Positions 9,638 through 19,321 are shown, numbered from the stretch's first letter. The stretch is 64,000 nt of DNA from Patescibacteria group bacterium (GCA_035549295.1 DASZRG010000021.1:2596-66595), one strand, 5' to 3'. Numbers and translations: made by a program. Notes: a model not told the origin generated them from the letters alone.

Positions 9638-10315
9638 GCACTTTAAATTACTGATCGAAGGAAAGGGTTTCTAGGGCAATTAACTGGCGGGTTTACATAA
9701 TCGTACCTAGGGGGTATTTTCGTGAAAAAAATCTTTGTTGTATTTCTGGCAGGCGTCGCAGTTCTGGCCGTTGGCGTTGGAGCAGCTGTTGCATTCAACT
9801 CGAAGTCGAGTGAATACGTCGCAGTCTGCGATCAGATTCCCAACATGATGGTCAACCTGGATCCGGACGGCGTGGTGAAGCCACTCCAGAAGGACATTGC
9901 GTTCGTTCCGGCTCCTGCAAACGCGGGTAAGCTTGCCAAGTTCCTCGGACCCTGGCAGGGTAGCTACGGCACGGACCTTACTCCGGACGCAAACGTTGTC
10001 TCAGCCGTCATAGTGACATCAGTCACTTCGGATACGGTCAACGTCACTGACGTTTTCGGAACCGTGGTTCACACGCAACAGTTTTCTCTTGACGACGGAA
10101 AGCTGGTCTTTACGAACAATCTCCTAGGAGGGATTGTCCAGACGAAGACCCTGAGTCTTTCCCCTGATGGGAAAACAATATCGGAGACTTGGGATACCAA
10201 GTATCCGAACGGAGTTAAGTCCAAGGAGGGTGCGTTTCATCTGACAGCAGCTCGCTGCAAGATGCCCGCCCTTACCTCGGACCACACGGACCAATAACCA
10301 AACAACCTTCGATCA
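9638..10315 (+). other. boxA/terminal-stem cassette B
   Basis: boxA-like GCACTTTAAATT (9638-9649); TGATCGAAGG (9652-9661) is the exact reverse complement of CCTTCGATCA (10306-10315), 8 nt after the stop. Confidence 0.8.
9722..10297 (+). CDS. Secreted hypothetical protein (cassette B), paralog of 3799 and 14405
   Basis: Signal peptide; AKFLGPWQGSY motif; G-rich SD (AGGGGGGT); GC-rich. Confidence 0.75.
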   Translation: MKKIFVVFLAGVAVLAVGVGAAVAFNSKSSEYVAVCDQIPNMMVNLDPDGVVKPLQKDIAFVPAPANAGKLAKFLGPWQGSYGTDLTPDANVVSAVIVTSVTSDTVNVTDVFGTVVHTQQFSLDDGKLVFTNNLLGGIVQTKTLSLSPDGKTISETWDTKYPNGVKSKEGAFHLTAARCKMPALTSDHTDQ

Positions 10316-10319
10316 TTTC

Positions 10320-10401
10320 GGGTGCGGCGATACGCTGTTGTGCTGCTTTATGCAGTTTTGTCGAAAGACACACAACAACGCCGCCGCACCCATTCCTTTT
10401 T
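10320..10401 (+). terminator. Long GC hairpin with T-rich tail after cassette B
   Basis: GGGTGCGGCG ... CGCCGCACCC followed by attccttttt. Confidence 0.65.
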
Positions 10402-10436
10402 AATTACCTCTAAAAATTAATGGTAGAATAGCCATT

Positions 10437-11729
10437 ATGGATTACACTAGAATCTCCGTTCACAAGTCTTTTGGGCAGAGTATGATGCCGCTTTTACACG
10501 ATGGGGATATAGTTCATCTAAAGAAAAAAGATTTCTCAAAGATTTCAATTAACGATATTATTTGTGTGAGAATGACACGAGGAATTCGGACTGCTTCTGG
10601 ACCTCATCCCAACCTTCTCCTACAAGGAGAAGGGGAGTTCTTCACTCACAGAGTCATTTATAAAACTCAAAAATACATTATAACTCGCGGTGACAACAAT
10701 CTATTATCTGATGGTAAAATTTATCCAAAAAATATAATAGGGACTGTTAATAAAATACAAAGAGAATCGAATATTTTTGATATAAATGATTTATATTTGA
10801 TGCAATCGACGCTCTATTTCAGAGAAATAGTAAAGGTGAAAAAAGCACTCGAAAAAGAGAAAATTGACTATGTTATTCTAAAAGGACTTCCTATTCACTT
10901 GTTTTACGAAGGAGAACACCCGAAGAGACTATACGCGGACTGCGACCTACTCATTTCAAAAAGCAAATATCAAAAAGCAAAAAAGATATTAAATGATTTG
11001 GGTTATTTGGAATACGATACTTCTTATTCGGTGGTTCAAAAAAAGCTAAAAAAAGGCGAGACGGAAGTGTCTTTCTTTAAGAATATTAATGGGGCAGTAG
11101 TTACCTTTGATATTCATCTTGAAGCTGTTTTTTTAATGACTCAGATTTCAAATACAAATGCGCTATATCCAAGGCGGTTAGTAGATAAGTTTTCGGAGAT
11201 GCTTATTGGGGATGTTAGGAGTGTTAGGATATTTGAAGAAAGAGTGAATATATTGTCGGCTGAATATTTGTTTGTTTACCTTTGTCTCCATCTGTATCAC
11301 CACAATTTTCAGGGGACATATCGGTATGATTTGATAGTAAAAATCATAAAAATAGAAAAACTTGATTATAAAAAAATAGCCTCGATTATCAACGAATTTA
11401 AACTCAATAATCTTGTTTATCCCGTTCTATTATTGTTTATTAAATATTATGATGTTAAATTTGATAAAGCCTTCCTTAGCTCCATAAAACCATCAAGCGA
11501 AATTATGTCAATTTTCAAAGGTCATGCGTCAAATGTTAATATTTTCAATAACGAGAGCAGAGTTGCATCAGGCATAACTCGCTTCAGAATGCTCTTTCAG
11601 ATCTCACCGAATAGGTTGAGACGCTATGGTATATTTATAAATCCGCAAGTCATTTTTTTTGTGATTTGGATAACAGTAAATAGGTTGGGATTGCTTCGTC
11701 GTCCCGCTTCGCGGGACTTCTCGCAATGA
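10437..11729 (+). CDS. S24/S26 peptidase-like domain fused to a nucleotidyltransferase (NTP_transf_5-like)
   Basis: GQSMMPLL...THRVI...TRGDNN, then ILKG...ADCDLL...DIH. Confidence 0.85.
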   Translation: MDYTRISVHKSFGQSMMPLLHDGDIVHLKKKDFSKISINDIICVRMTRGIRTASGPHPNLLLQGEGEFFTHRVIYKTQKYIITRGDNNLLSDGKIYPKNIIGTVNKIQRESNIFDINDLYLMQSTLYFREIVKVKKALEKEKIDYVILKGLPIHLFYEGEHPKRLYADCDLLISKSKYQKAKKILNDLGYLEYDTSYSVVQKKLKKGETEVSFFKNINGAVVTFDIHLEAVFLMTQISNTNALYPRRLVDKFSEMLIGDVRSVRIFEERVNILSAEYLFVYLCLHLYHHNFQGTYRYDLIVKIIKIEKLDYKKIASIINEFKLNNLVYPVLLLFIKYYDVKFDKAFLSSIKPSSEIMSIFKGHASNVNIFNNESRVASGITRFRMLFQISPNRLRRYGIFINPQVIFFVIWITVNRLGLLRRPASRDFSQ

Positions 11730-11752
11730 CATATCTCTTGTATACTAAATAA

Positions 11753-13207
11753 GTGAAGAATAGTTTAATTATTTTTAATTCTCTCCTTCTTTTAGTAGTA
11801 CTATTTTTTGGATTTAAGGTTTTCAATCTTCATTCAGAGAAACATCTAAATGTTATTTTAATTTCTATAGATGCGCTTCGCGCTGATGAGATGAGTCTTT
11901 ATGGATATTCCAAAAAGACAACTCCCAATATAGATAATTGGGCGCAAAATGCGTCTGTTTTCACAAATGTTCGAACTGTTGTCCCTATGACTCAGCCGTC
12001 TTTTAGCGCACTTTTCACTGGTATTGAACCATTCAATACAGGCATTATCTCCAATGGCTCTCCCTTTATAGATTTCAATACTCCAACTCTAATGACTGTT
12101 TTAGCAAATCACGGTTATACAACTACCGCCTTTACAGCAAATTTTGCTGGGCTCAAAAATCAATTTCAAAACTTTAATTACTATGCGTATAAGGATCATT
12201 ACAACGATGAGGCTGGAGTAGAGAGATACATCATGGATGCTTCTCAGGGTAGCACGAAGATGATTCGAGATGCTGCTGGGTGGCTTAATAGAAATTCGTC
12301 TAAGCAGTTTTTTATGTGGCTGCACTTAATGGATGTTCATGCGCCTTATTACCCTGCTGATAAATACAGATGCGAATTTGATACAAAGTATTGTCCAGAG
12401 CTTTTGGGGAAACGCTTGGATCAAATCGATGCCGATCGAGCGCAATATCAGATGTGTCAGGAAAAACCTGTGCCTCAGGATAGAATCGACGAGATGAGAA
12501 CAGTCTATGATGGTGGAGTAGCGCAGGCTGATGACTATGTGGGACAAATTCTTGCCAAGATAAAGAGTCTCGGTCTCGATAAAAACTCAATAATAGTTCT
12601 TTATGCGGATCATGGAGAGGGACTCGATCACGATTATCTTTTCAACCACCGCGCGGTTCTTTATGACTCAGCCGTTCATATTCCGCTAGTTATCTATGAT
12701 CCCTTGGTAAGCTCATATAATAAAAGATCTGATATGGTGATCGAAAATACTGATATCATGCCAACCATTCTGAGTTTAGTTGGAATTTCGAGTTCAGGCC
12801 TTAATATTGATGGTCATAGCTTTGCGAATATAATAGATGGTGACTTAGTTCCGAATCTTAATTATCAGCCTCGAAAATACGTTTATTCTGTAAATTCCAA
12901 CTGGACAAAGTTTTCAATTTTTGATGGAAGATATAAATATATTTATTCTTTGCCAGAGTCATGCGTTGATCACGGCCAAACAGAGGAGTTGTATGACACA
13001 AGACAAGACCCAAAGGAGTTAAAGAATTTAGTTAAATCAAATTCGCAAAAAACCAAAGATCTTAAGAAACAGCTTTTCTATTACCTTTCGAAGTACAATT
13101 TGCCAGCGAGTGGTACATTACCTGCCGAGATGCAGGATGGAGATGATGCTGGCAGCAATGCGCAGGACCAGAAGCTACAGGACGAGATAAGGTCAATGGG
13201 GTATTAA
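11753..13207 (+). CDS. Sulfatase-fold (alkaline phosphatase superfamily) protein
   Basis: ISIDALRAD, TQPSFSALFTG, HLMDVHAPY, ADHGE and ELYD motifs; no C/S-x-P-x-R. Confidence 0.85.
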   Translation: MKNSLIIFNSLLLLVVLFFGFKVFNLHSEKHLNVILISIDALRADEMSLYGYSKKTTPNIDNWAQNASVFTNVRTVVPMTQPSFSALFTGIEPFNTGIISNGSPFIDFNTPTLMTVLANHGYTTTAFTANFAGLKNQFQNFNYYAYKDHYNDEAGVERYIMDASQGSTKMIRDAAGWLNRNSSKQFFMWLHLMDVHAPYYPADKYRCEFDTKYCPELLGKRLDQIDADRAQYQMCQEKPVPQDRIDEMRTVYDGGVAQADDYVGQILAKIKSLGLDKNSIIVLYADHGEGLDHDYLFNHRAVLYDSAVHIPLVIYDPLVSSYNKRSDMVIENTDIMPTILSLVGISSSGLNIDGHSFANIIDGDLVPNLNYQPRKYVYSVNSNWTKFSIFDGRYKYIYSLPESCVDHGQTEELYDTRQDPKELKNLVKSNSQKTKDLKKQLFYYLSKYNLPASGTLPAEMQDGDDAGSNAQDQKLQDEIRSMGY

Positions 13208-13317
13208 TAACTAGTAACTAGAGATTAGATACTAGATATTAGGAAACTCGCACAAATAGGACATCGTGACCAGATGGTACTCTAAATTTCTATTTACTAA
13301 TATCTAGTTTCTAGTAT

Positions 13318-13575
13318 CTAGTCTATAATGCCTTTCGACTTTAGGTCTTTTAGGAATTCGGAGAGGTCGGAGTGCGCTTCTTTTTCCGAAATTTTGTACT
13401 TCTCAACGAGGTTTTTTAGTATTTCGTGCTCTTCTTGGCCATGTTTTAGTTGATTAAAGATAAACGTCGCTGTGTCATTGAATGTATGAAATACCGATTT
13501 TTCGCTATCAAAAATCTTGAGTTTTTGGCCTAATTTATCGCTAATTATTCCCTTTTTAATCTTGTGTTTTGCCAT
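13318..13575 (-). CDS. PqqD-family RiPP recognition element (start may be ATG 13574 region as given)
   Basis: 85 aa; FNDTATFIFNQL...LVEKYKISEKEAHSDLSEFLKDLKSKGII. Confidence 0.88.
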   Translation of the reverse strand: MAKHKIKKGIISDKLGQKLKIFDSEKSVFHTFNDTATFIFNQLKHGQEEHEILKNLVEKYKISEKEAHSDLSEFLKDLKSKGIID

Positions 13576-14342
13576 TTTGTTGTAATTGCCTTGAATGATT
13601 CTACTATTATAGATTTGTCTTTGGGAAAGTACAACGAGTTAACATTTCTAAATGTGTCGGATAAGGCTAATAGATTTTTTACAATTTCCGAATCAGTGAT
13701 GGTCAGTTGCTTGAGAAGTTTTCCAAACGTATCTTCCTTGTTTGACTTTTTCTCAAGTCTAAATTGTTTTGATTTGTGAATAAAATAAATTCCTTTAAGT
13801 TTATATCGCTTGTTGGATTTATAAATTCGATTTTTTTCAACAAATGGGTGTTGATAAAGAAAATACTCTCTGTCGATTCGTCTTACTATCGAAGTATCAT
13901 CTGATAGAGCAGTGAAGTCCTGAGATAATAGTTCGGCAATCGTTGATTTGCCAGCGCCAGATGGTCCCGTAAACAAATAAGCATCATTTTTGTATGCGAC
14001 CGCCGAGGAGTGGATTATCATACCGTTATGTGCGGAGCATAGTAAATAGATCACATTCTCAAGTATTATTTTATAGGTTAAATAGTCTTGATAGTAGACA
14101 GTAACTTTATTTTTTAACTTCTTATCAAATGCAAGAAGCAGTCTTTTGTCTGATGCAACATTATATGGTTGATCCTCAAATTCTATATAAAAATCACACG
14201 TCCCCGTATTGCGTCTTACGATGAACTCACTGACGTAATTTGAAAAATCTACTTTGTATTGTTTGTATAGATCTTTTTGACGAGAATTTTTGAATGTTGC
14301 TTTTATTATGAAGTCTGCGATTTTTATGTAAATAAATTCCAT
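13545..14342 (-). CDS. HprK-related P-loop kinase
   Basis: IHSSAV...LFTGPSGAGKST...LSDD. Confidence 0.85.
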   Translation of the reverse strand: MEFIYIKIADFIIKATFKNSRQKDLYKQYKVDFSNYVSEFIVRRNTGTCDFYIEFEDQPYNVASDKRLLLAFDKKLKNKVTVYYQDYLTYKIILENVIYLLCSAHNGMIIHSSAVAYKNDAYLFTGPSGAGKSTIAELLSQDFTALSDDTSIVRRIDREYFLYQHPFVEKNRIYKSNKRYKLKGIYFIHKSKQFRLEKKSNKEDTFGKLLKQLTITDSEIVKNLLALSDTFRNVNSLYFPKDKSIIVESFKAITTKWQNTRLKRE

Positions 14343-14404
14343 AGGGAAATATTAACATAACGCTCATTCTTGACAAGTAGAGGTTTATTTTTCTAACATA
14401 GGCT

Positions 14405-14938
14405 ATGGAGTCTCCTAAGCCAAAATCGTCACTTCTGACAGCGCTAGGAATTGAAGTAGTTGTAATAGTGGTTTTAACAATTCTTATAGTCAGTGCACTT
14501 AATTATTTCAACGTAATTTCGCTTCCACAAGCATCAATATTGCCGCACGAGAATGCAAATAAGGCTCCAGCTGTAACTGCTATCAATCAGTGTGCTCCTC
14601 TTCCGAAAGGAGCTGTTACAAAAGTTATTTCGCCAACATCAAGTGTTTCTGCGGCACTAGCAGCCTATTCTGGTACATGGAAAGGGTCATGGAATCCTCA
14701 ATATAGATCTGTTCTAATTATTCGTGATATAACTCCTAAGTACGCAACTGTTGGCTATTTTGTAAACGGAGTACGAGTTTTAGCAGCAATGCAGTTTTCA
14801 ATAGACGAGAGTAATAGGCTTATTGCGCCTAACAATCTCATGACTTATGAGATGAAGCAAGACGGAATCCACGGATCTATACTTTATAGATCTGGTGCTG
14901 TTGCCTCAACTGTTGTAATGACCCGCTGCACGCCGTAG
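14405..14938 (+). CDS. Membrane-anchored hypothetical protein; AT-rich paralog of the cassette A/B proteins
   Basis: YSGTWKGSW motif; TTGACA (14370) and TAACAT (14394) lie directly before the ATG; no SD. Confidence 0.75.
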   Translation: MESPKPKSSLLTALGIEVVVIVVLTILIVSALNYFNVISLPQASILPHENANKAPAVTAINQCAPLPKGAVTKVISPTSSVSAALAAYSGTWKGSWNPQYRSVLIIRDITPKYATVGYFVNGVRVLAAMQFSIDESNRLIAPNNLMTYEMKQDGIHGSILYRSGAVASTVVMTRCTP

Positions 14939-15007
14939 GGTATTCAGTAGCGAGTTAAAGTGTTAACGGGTTTTGCGAGTTAACTAGTTTTGTATTCTCA
15001 TTATTCC

Positions 15008-16201
15008 TTATTCTTTAATCATTATTCTATTATTTGCGAGGGCGAGTAGCACGAAGAAGAGTATGAGCATGGGGAATATCCGGTATGTATAATCGACTTG
15101 GAAGTTAAAAAGCATAGCGAGCGCAAGATAAAAATAGAGATTTTTTTTTGCCCCCCTAAGCATTTCGAAAATAATCAGTATAAAAATGACTCCAGCAGGA
15201 ATTCCATTTTCAACTAGAATATCTAAAAATATGTTGTGAGCCGTTTCAGTCCATATTCCTCGTATTGATTCGTATTCTTTTGACGCTACTATAAAGTTAC
15301 CGGGTCCTACCCCTAGAAGCGGGTGGTCTATTGTTGACAGAATAGACTCCCGAACATACTCCCCGCGACCGCCGTATGGAGACTTATAGTGCAAACTATT
15401 ATTTGCGACAAGATAATGGTTTATATCTTTAAGAAACTGTTCAGAGCCTGAATTAATCGATAGAGAAAAGGTAAAAATAATAGATATAAAGACTATAAAT
15501 AGTGCAAATATAATGTTCAAATTTATTTTTTGTATTTTTGATTTGTAAAAGTTATATAGCATAATAATTATTGTTAAAACCAGTCCTATATATGCACTTC
15601 TTGAATAAGAAAGAATGAAGAAGGGAAGTAGTATAAGAGTTAATAGTAAATAGTTAATAGTTAATAGGTAAGGTAAGAATTGAGATGTGATAAGTGAGAT
15701 GGATTTCTTTTTTGAAGTTAGAAAATAGAGCAAGGTTATGAGGGGGAGGAGTAGGAAGTCGCCTAGGTGGTTGTGGGAACCGAAGCGAGAAAATACAAAT
15801 TGGTATCCCGTCAGCGGAGCACTCAAAATTCCATTTTCTATTAAGATTGATGCGAGAATAAATATAAAAGTTGCGATAAAAATAAATGGAACGATAAATT
15901 TTGATACTAATTTTTGGTTCCTTTGGGTAAAAATGTATGCCGAAAATGACGCTATGTAGAGAAGATAAAAGATTAAAGATTTAAGATTAACGCTCGCGAG
16001 TAAAGATACAAATGAAACGCCAATAAATAGAATGAAAAGTGTTCTAAGTCTTTCGGGAATATCTTTGTTTTTTAAATAGAAGATCAACATTGTACATGGG
16101 ATTGCGAGAAATATGACAGTCAATAATGAGAATGTTATGGGAAATCCCAATCCCTGGATAATAAAGATAATTAAAAATAGCAAAAAATACGCCTGCGACA
16201 T
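15008..16201 (-). CDS. O-antigen ligase-family membrane protein
   Basis: Multi-TM; SYSRSAYIG, HPLLGVGPGNF and TAHNIFL motifs. Confidence 0.88.
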   Translation of the reverse strand: MSQAYFLLFLIIFIIQGLGFPITFSLLTVIFLAIPCTMLIFYLKNKDIPERLRTLFILFIGVSFVSLLASVNLKSLIFYLLYIASFSAYIFTQRNQKLVSKFIVPFIFIATFIFILASILIENGILSAPLTGYQFVFSRFGSHNHLGDFLLLPLITLLYFLTSKKKSISLITSQFLPYLLTINYLLLTLILLPFFILSYSRSAYIGLVLTIIIMLYNFYKSKIQKINLNIIFALFIVFISIIFTFSLSINSGSEQFLKDINHYLVANNSLHYKSPYGGRGEYVRESILSTIDHPLLGVGPGNFIVASKEYESIRGIWTETAHNIFLDILVENGIPAGVIFILIIFEMLRGAKKNLYFYLALAMLFNFQVDYTYRIFPMLILFFVLLALANNRIMIKE

Positions 16202-16266
16202 ATATATAGAGTAGCAGAGTTGTGGTACTGATTGACATTCTTTTTTCGAAGTTGTTAGTATTAATC

Positions 16267-18261
16267 ATGAGGTCATTTCTGACTCGGTTGAGTCCTGCTC
16301 TCTTAATTGTTCTTCTGCTTGTATCAACTGTTGTTCCCAATGTCCAGGCCCAATATGGCGGCTCGTGTCAGCCTACTTATACTGGTGCTTGTAGTACTGA
16401 TTCCGATTGTTGTTCGGGTTGGTGTAGTTTTGGAACATGTGCTGATCCGGGTGGTGGAGGAGGATCATTTAATATAACAGGAACAGTTTTTGTAGATACT
16501 AATAGAAATAAAGTTTGGGACTCAGGTGAGACAGCATATACGGGTGCGAATGCAGTTTTGAATTTTGTCGGATATTCAAATACTACAACAACGGCGGCAA
16601 ATGGGACCTATTCATTTAATGGTATTACCGGGGGAAATTATCAGATTCAGTTAGTTCCGCCGACTGGGTATGGTGTTACAACGCTCAATCCATATACAGT
16701 TAGTCCAACATCGTCTGTTGCTAATTTTGGAATCGCTGAATCGTATACAATTTCTGGCCATGCATATTATGACGATAACGGTAATCAGCAGCAGGATTGT
16801 GTGGGATCTTGTAACAACGGAACGGGAGATGAAAAAAATTTCCAAGGGATAACCTTTAAAAGGACTGGAACGGCTGCAAATAGCATAGCGACCTCGTCGG
16901 CAAATGGTAACTTCACTTTTTATGATCTTTTGCCAAGAAGCTATACTGTTACGATGACTGTCCCCCCCAATTATTCTGTAACAACAGCAAATAATCCTAA
17001 GACAGTGACGCTTGGTCCAAATGCAACTATTAATTATGGTCTTCGTCAGACTTCGTGTATACCAGGTGGGGCAACTCTTTCGGGTACCGTTTATGTAGAT
17101 GGTAGTAATGGGGCTTGCGGTAGCTCTTTAACTACGATAGGGTCAGGTGCGACAGTCACCGTTAGAACGAGCTCCGGGGGGGCTGTTACTGCAACTGGCT
17201 CAACTAACTCGAGTGGGCAGTATACAATAAATGATAATACTGCTTGTGGTCAAAAAAGTGTGTCGTTATCAAATGTTGCCCTCAATTATACATCTGCAAA
17301 GTGTGTGAGGCTTGATGGTGGAGCGTGGACCTCAACAGGTCTCACTGGATTTACATACAACCCTCTCAATTTCTCGTCCAATCATACACTTGATTGGTAT
17401 CTATCATCGTCGGTTCCGTGGTTTCAGACCGGTGACGGAGACGTCCGATTTGGTAATTTGGTTGATTCTCTTCCGTCCGCTTCCGCCGTGTCATCAAATG
17501 CAAATTCAGCTTTCTTTTCATCAGCATTCATCCCGACATTTGGAGCGGGAAATCCTGTAGGCTTTGTGATCAGCAACGAATATTCATATAATGCGGATCC
17601 TGAGACTAAAAACGGTCTTTTCTCGTACTCATTCTTTATTAATCGTGCAAAAGTCAAATCAGTTACAGTCACTAACTTAGTTGGAACTCCCGGAGTAACA
17701 AATTGTACTGGCGCAACTTGTGACATAAGTAATTTGCCAACCGGTATATACAAATATGATGGTGATCTGACTCTTACTTCCTATACTCATCTTGACGGCG
17801 CACACGTACTACTTCTTGTCAATGGAAATCTACTTATTAAAACGACCGGAAATATTAAAGTTGCCGCTGGAAGAAAAAATCTGTTTATTATTGCTGCCAA
17901 AAAAGACATAAACATAGATCCATCAGTTGGTGCAGCAGCGCCAGCCGCTCCTTGTGGAACAAATGCCTGTACAAATCTCGAGGGTATATACACAGCAGAA
18001 GGTAGCATCAATCTTCAGGGCACCAAGTGCTCTGACAATGTTACGCCAGACAAGCAATTTACTCTCGCGGGAAGCTTTGTCACAAATGCTCTAAAGCCAC
18101 TCAAAGTTGGTGGAGCAGGAATATTTAACAATAATAGATCACTCTGTGGCGGAGACCAGACATATCCTGTGTTTGTTACTCAATCAAGGTATGACTTTGT
18201 TCCTCAGCTAACAGACTTCTACAAGATCCCCGCCGTGAGATGGAAAGAGGTCAATCCTTAA
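16267..18261 (+). CDS. Secreted surface protein with SdrD-B/Cna-B-like repeats
   Basis: Signal peptide; ITGTVFVDTNRN and ISGHAYYDDNGN repeats; N-terminal six-Cys knot-like motif; start chosen at MRSF. Confidence 0.8.
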   Translation: MRSFLTRLSPALLIVLLLVSTVVPNVQAQYGGSCQPTYTGACSTDSDCCSGWCSFGTCADPGGGGGSFNITGTVFVDTNRNKVWDSGETAYTGANAVLNFVGYSNTTTTAANGTYSFNGITGGNYQIQLVPPTGYGVTTLNPYTVSPTSSVANFGIAESYTISGHAYYDDNGNQQQDCVGSCNNGTGDEKNFQGITFKRTGTAANSIATSSANGNFTFYDLLPRSYTVTMTVPPNYSVTTANNPKTVTLGPNATINYGLRQTSCIPGGATLSGTVYVDGSNGACGSSLTTIGSGATVTVRTSSGGAVTATGSTNSSGQYTINDNTACGQKSVSLSNVALNYTSAKCVRLDGGAWTSTGLTGFTYNPLNFSSNHTLDWYLSSSVPWFQTGDGDVRFGNLVDSLPSASAVSSNANSAFFSSAFIPTFGAGNPVGFVISNEYSYNADPETKNGLFSYSFFINRAKVKSVTVTNLVGTPGVTNCTGATCDISNLPTGIYKYDGDLTLTSYTHLDGAHVLLLVNGNLLIKTTGNIKVAAGRKNLFIIAAKKDINIDPSVGAAAPAAPCGTNACTNLEGIYTAEGSINLQGTKCSDNVTPDKQFTLAGSFVTNALKPLKVGGAGIFNNNRSLCGGDQTYPVFVTQSRYDFVPQLTDFYKIPAVRWKEVNP

Positions 18262-18283
18262 GCTAGATATTAGTAACTAGATA

Positions 18284-18640
18284 TTAGGATTTTCGCTGCG
18301 GAGTGGTCATTTTATTTAGCATTCTCATTACTTCATCAAGTAATCTGTCAGCTTTTTCAAAATCTCGAACTTCGTCGAAAGATAATTTTTTGGATATTAA
18401 AATTTGGGTTTCAAGTTCACAACCAGAACCAAAAGATATTAAATAGAATTGATCCTTTTCTTTATGAGTTTTTCTCCCAAAACCTTCTGCTATATTAGAA
18501 GGGATAGAAACTACTGCCCGTCTCATTTGCATTACAATTCCGAATAATTCCGATTTAGGAAAATTACTTGTTATTCTATAAATTTCAACTACAAGTTCAA
18601 TAGATTTTTGCCAGACAATTAATTCCTTATATGACTTCAT
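18284..18640 (-). CDS. Four-helix-bundle protein (23S rRNA-IVP / Avd-like family)
   Basis: SYKELIVWQKS...FPKSELFG...QMRRAVVSIPSNIAEG. Confidence 0.92.
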   Translation of the reverse strand: MKSYKELIVWQKSIELVVEIYRITSNFPKSELFGIVMQMRRAVVSIPSNIAEGFGRKTHKEKDQFYLISFGSGCELETQILISKKLSFDEVRDFEKADRLLDEVMRMLNKMTTPQRKS

Positions 18641-18694
18641 GTTAATCCTAGTATCTAATATCTAGTATCTAGTTTCTAGTGTTATAATATCTCT

Positions 18695-19321
18695 GTGAAG
18701 GTCATAGTTGGACTAGGCAATCCAGGAGAGAAGTATGAGAAAACTCGCCATAATTTGGGTTTTCTTGCGACAGAAGCGTTACTTGAGAAATGGGAAAGAC
18801 TCGATAAAACATTTTGGGATGATAATCACAACCTCAAATCACATATCAAAAAGATCAGAATCAAGAATCATGAATCAGGAATCAAGGATCAGGACATTCT
18901 ACTCGTTAAGCCGGCGACTTTTATGAATAACTCAGGTTTTGCGGTTTCAAAAGTGTTGAATTATTTCAAAGTTGAACCCGCTGACTTATTCGTAATTCAT
19001 GATGATCTAGATCTTCCGTTTGGCAAGATACGAGTGAGGTTTGGTGGTGGGGCAGGGGGCCATCACGGGGTCGAGTCGATCATCGAACAGCTTTCAACCG
19101 ATAAATTCTTGCGTATTAGACTAGGAATTGGTAGTCCAAAACATATCGAAGGAAAAGAAGTGAAGAGTAAAAATCATCAAAATGTTGACGATTATGTGCT
19201 TGGGAATATCACAGGTGCTTCTCGTGGGAAAGTAAAAACAATGCTTCACGAGGCCGTCAAAATAGTCGATCAGCTCCTTGAACACGGCATAGATACGTAT
19301 ATGAGTAAGTACAATAAGTAG
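18695..19321 (+). CDS. pth: Peptidyl-tRNA hydrolase
   Basis: IVGLGNPG...TRHNLG, KPATFMNNSG, HDDLDL, GGHHG. Confidence 0.96.
   Translation: MKVIVGLGNPGEKYEKTRHNLGFLATEALLEKWERLDKTFWDDNHNLKSHIKKIRIKNHESGIKDQDILLVKPATFMNNSGFAVSKVLNYFKVEPADLFVIHDDLDLPFGKIRVRFGGGAGGHHGVESIIEQLSTDKFLRIRLGIGSPKHIEGKEVKSKNHQNVDDYVLGNITGASRGKVKTMLHEAVKIVDQLLEHGIDTYMSKYNK

Noticed and set aside
8705-14342. Lasso peptide cluster
   Set aside because: RRE, kinase and NTase are present, but there is no asparagine-synthetase-like cyclase or transglutaminase-like B2 protease, and the cores are too long.
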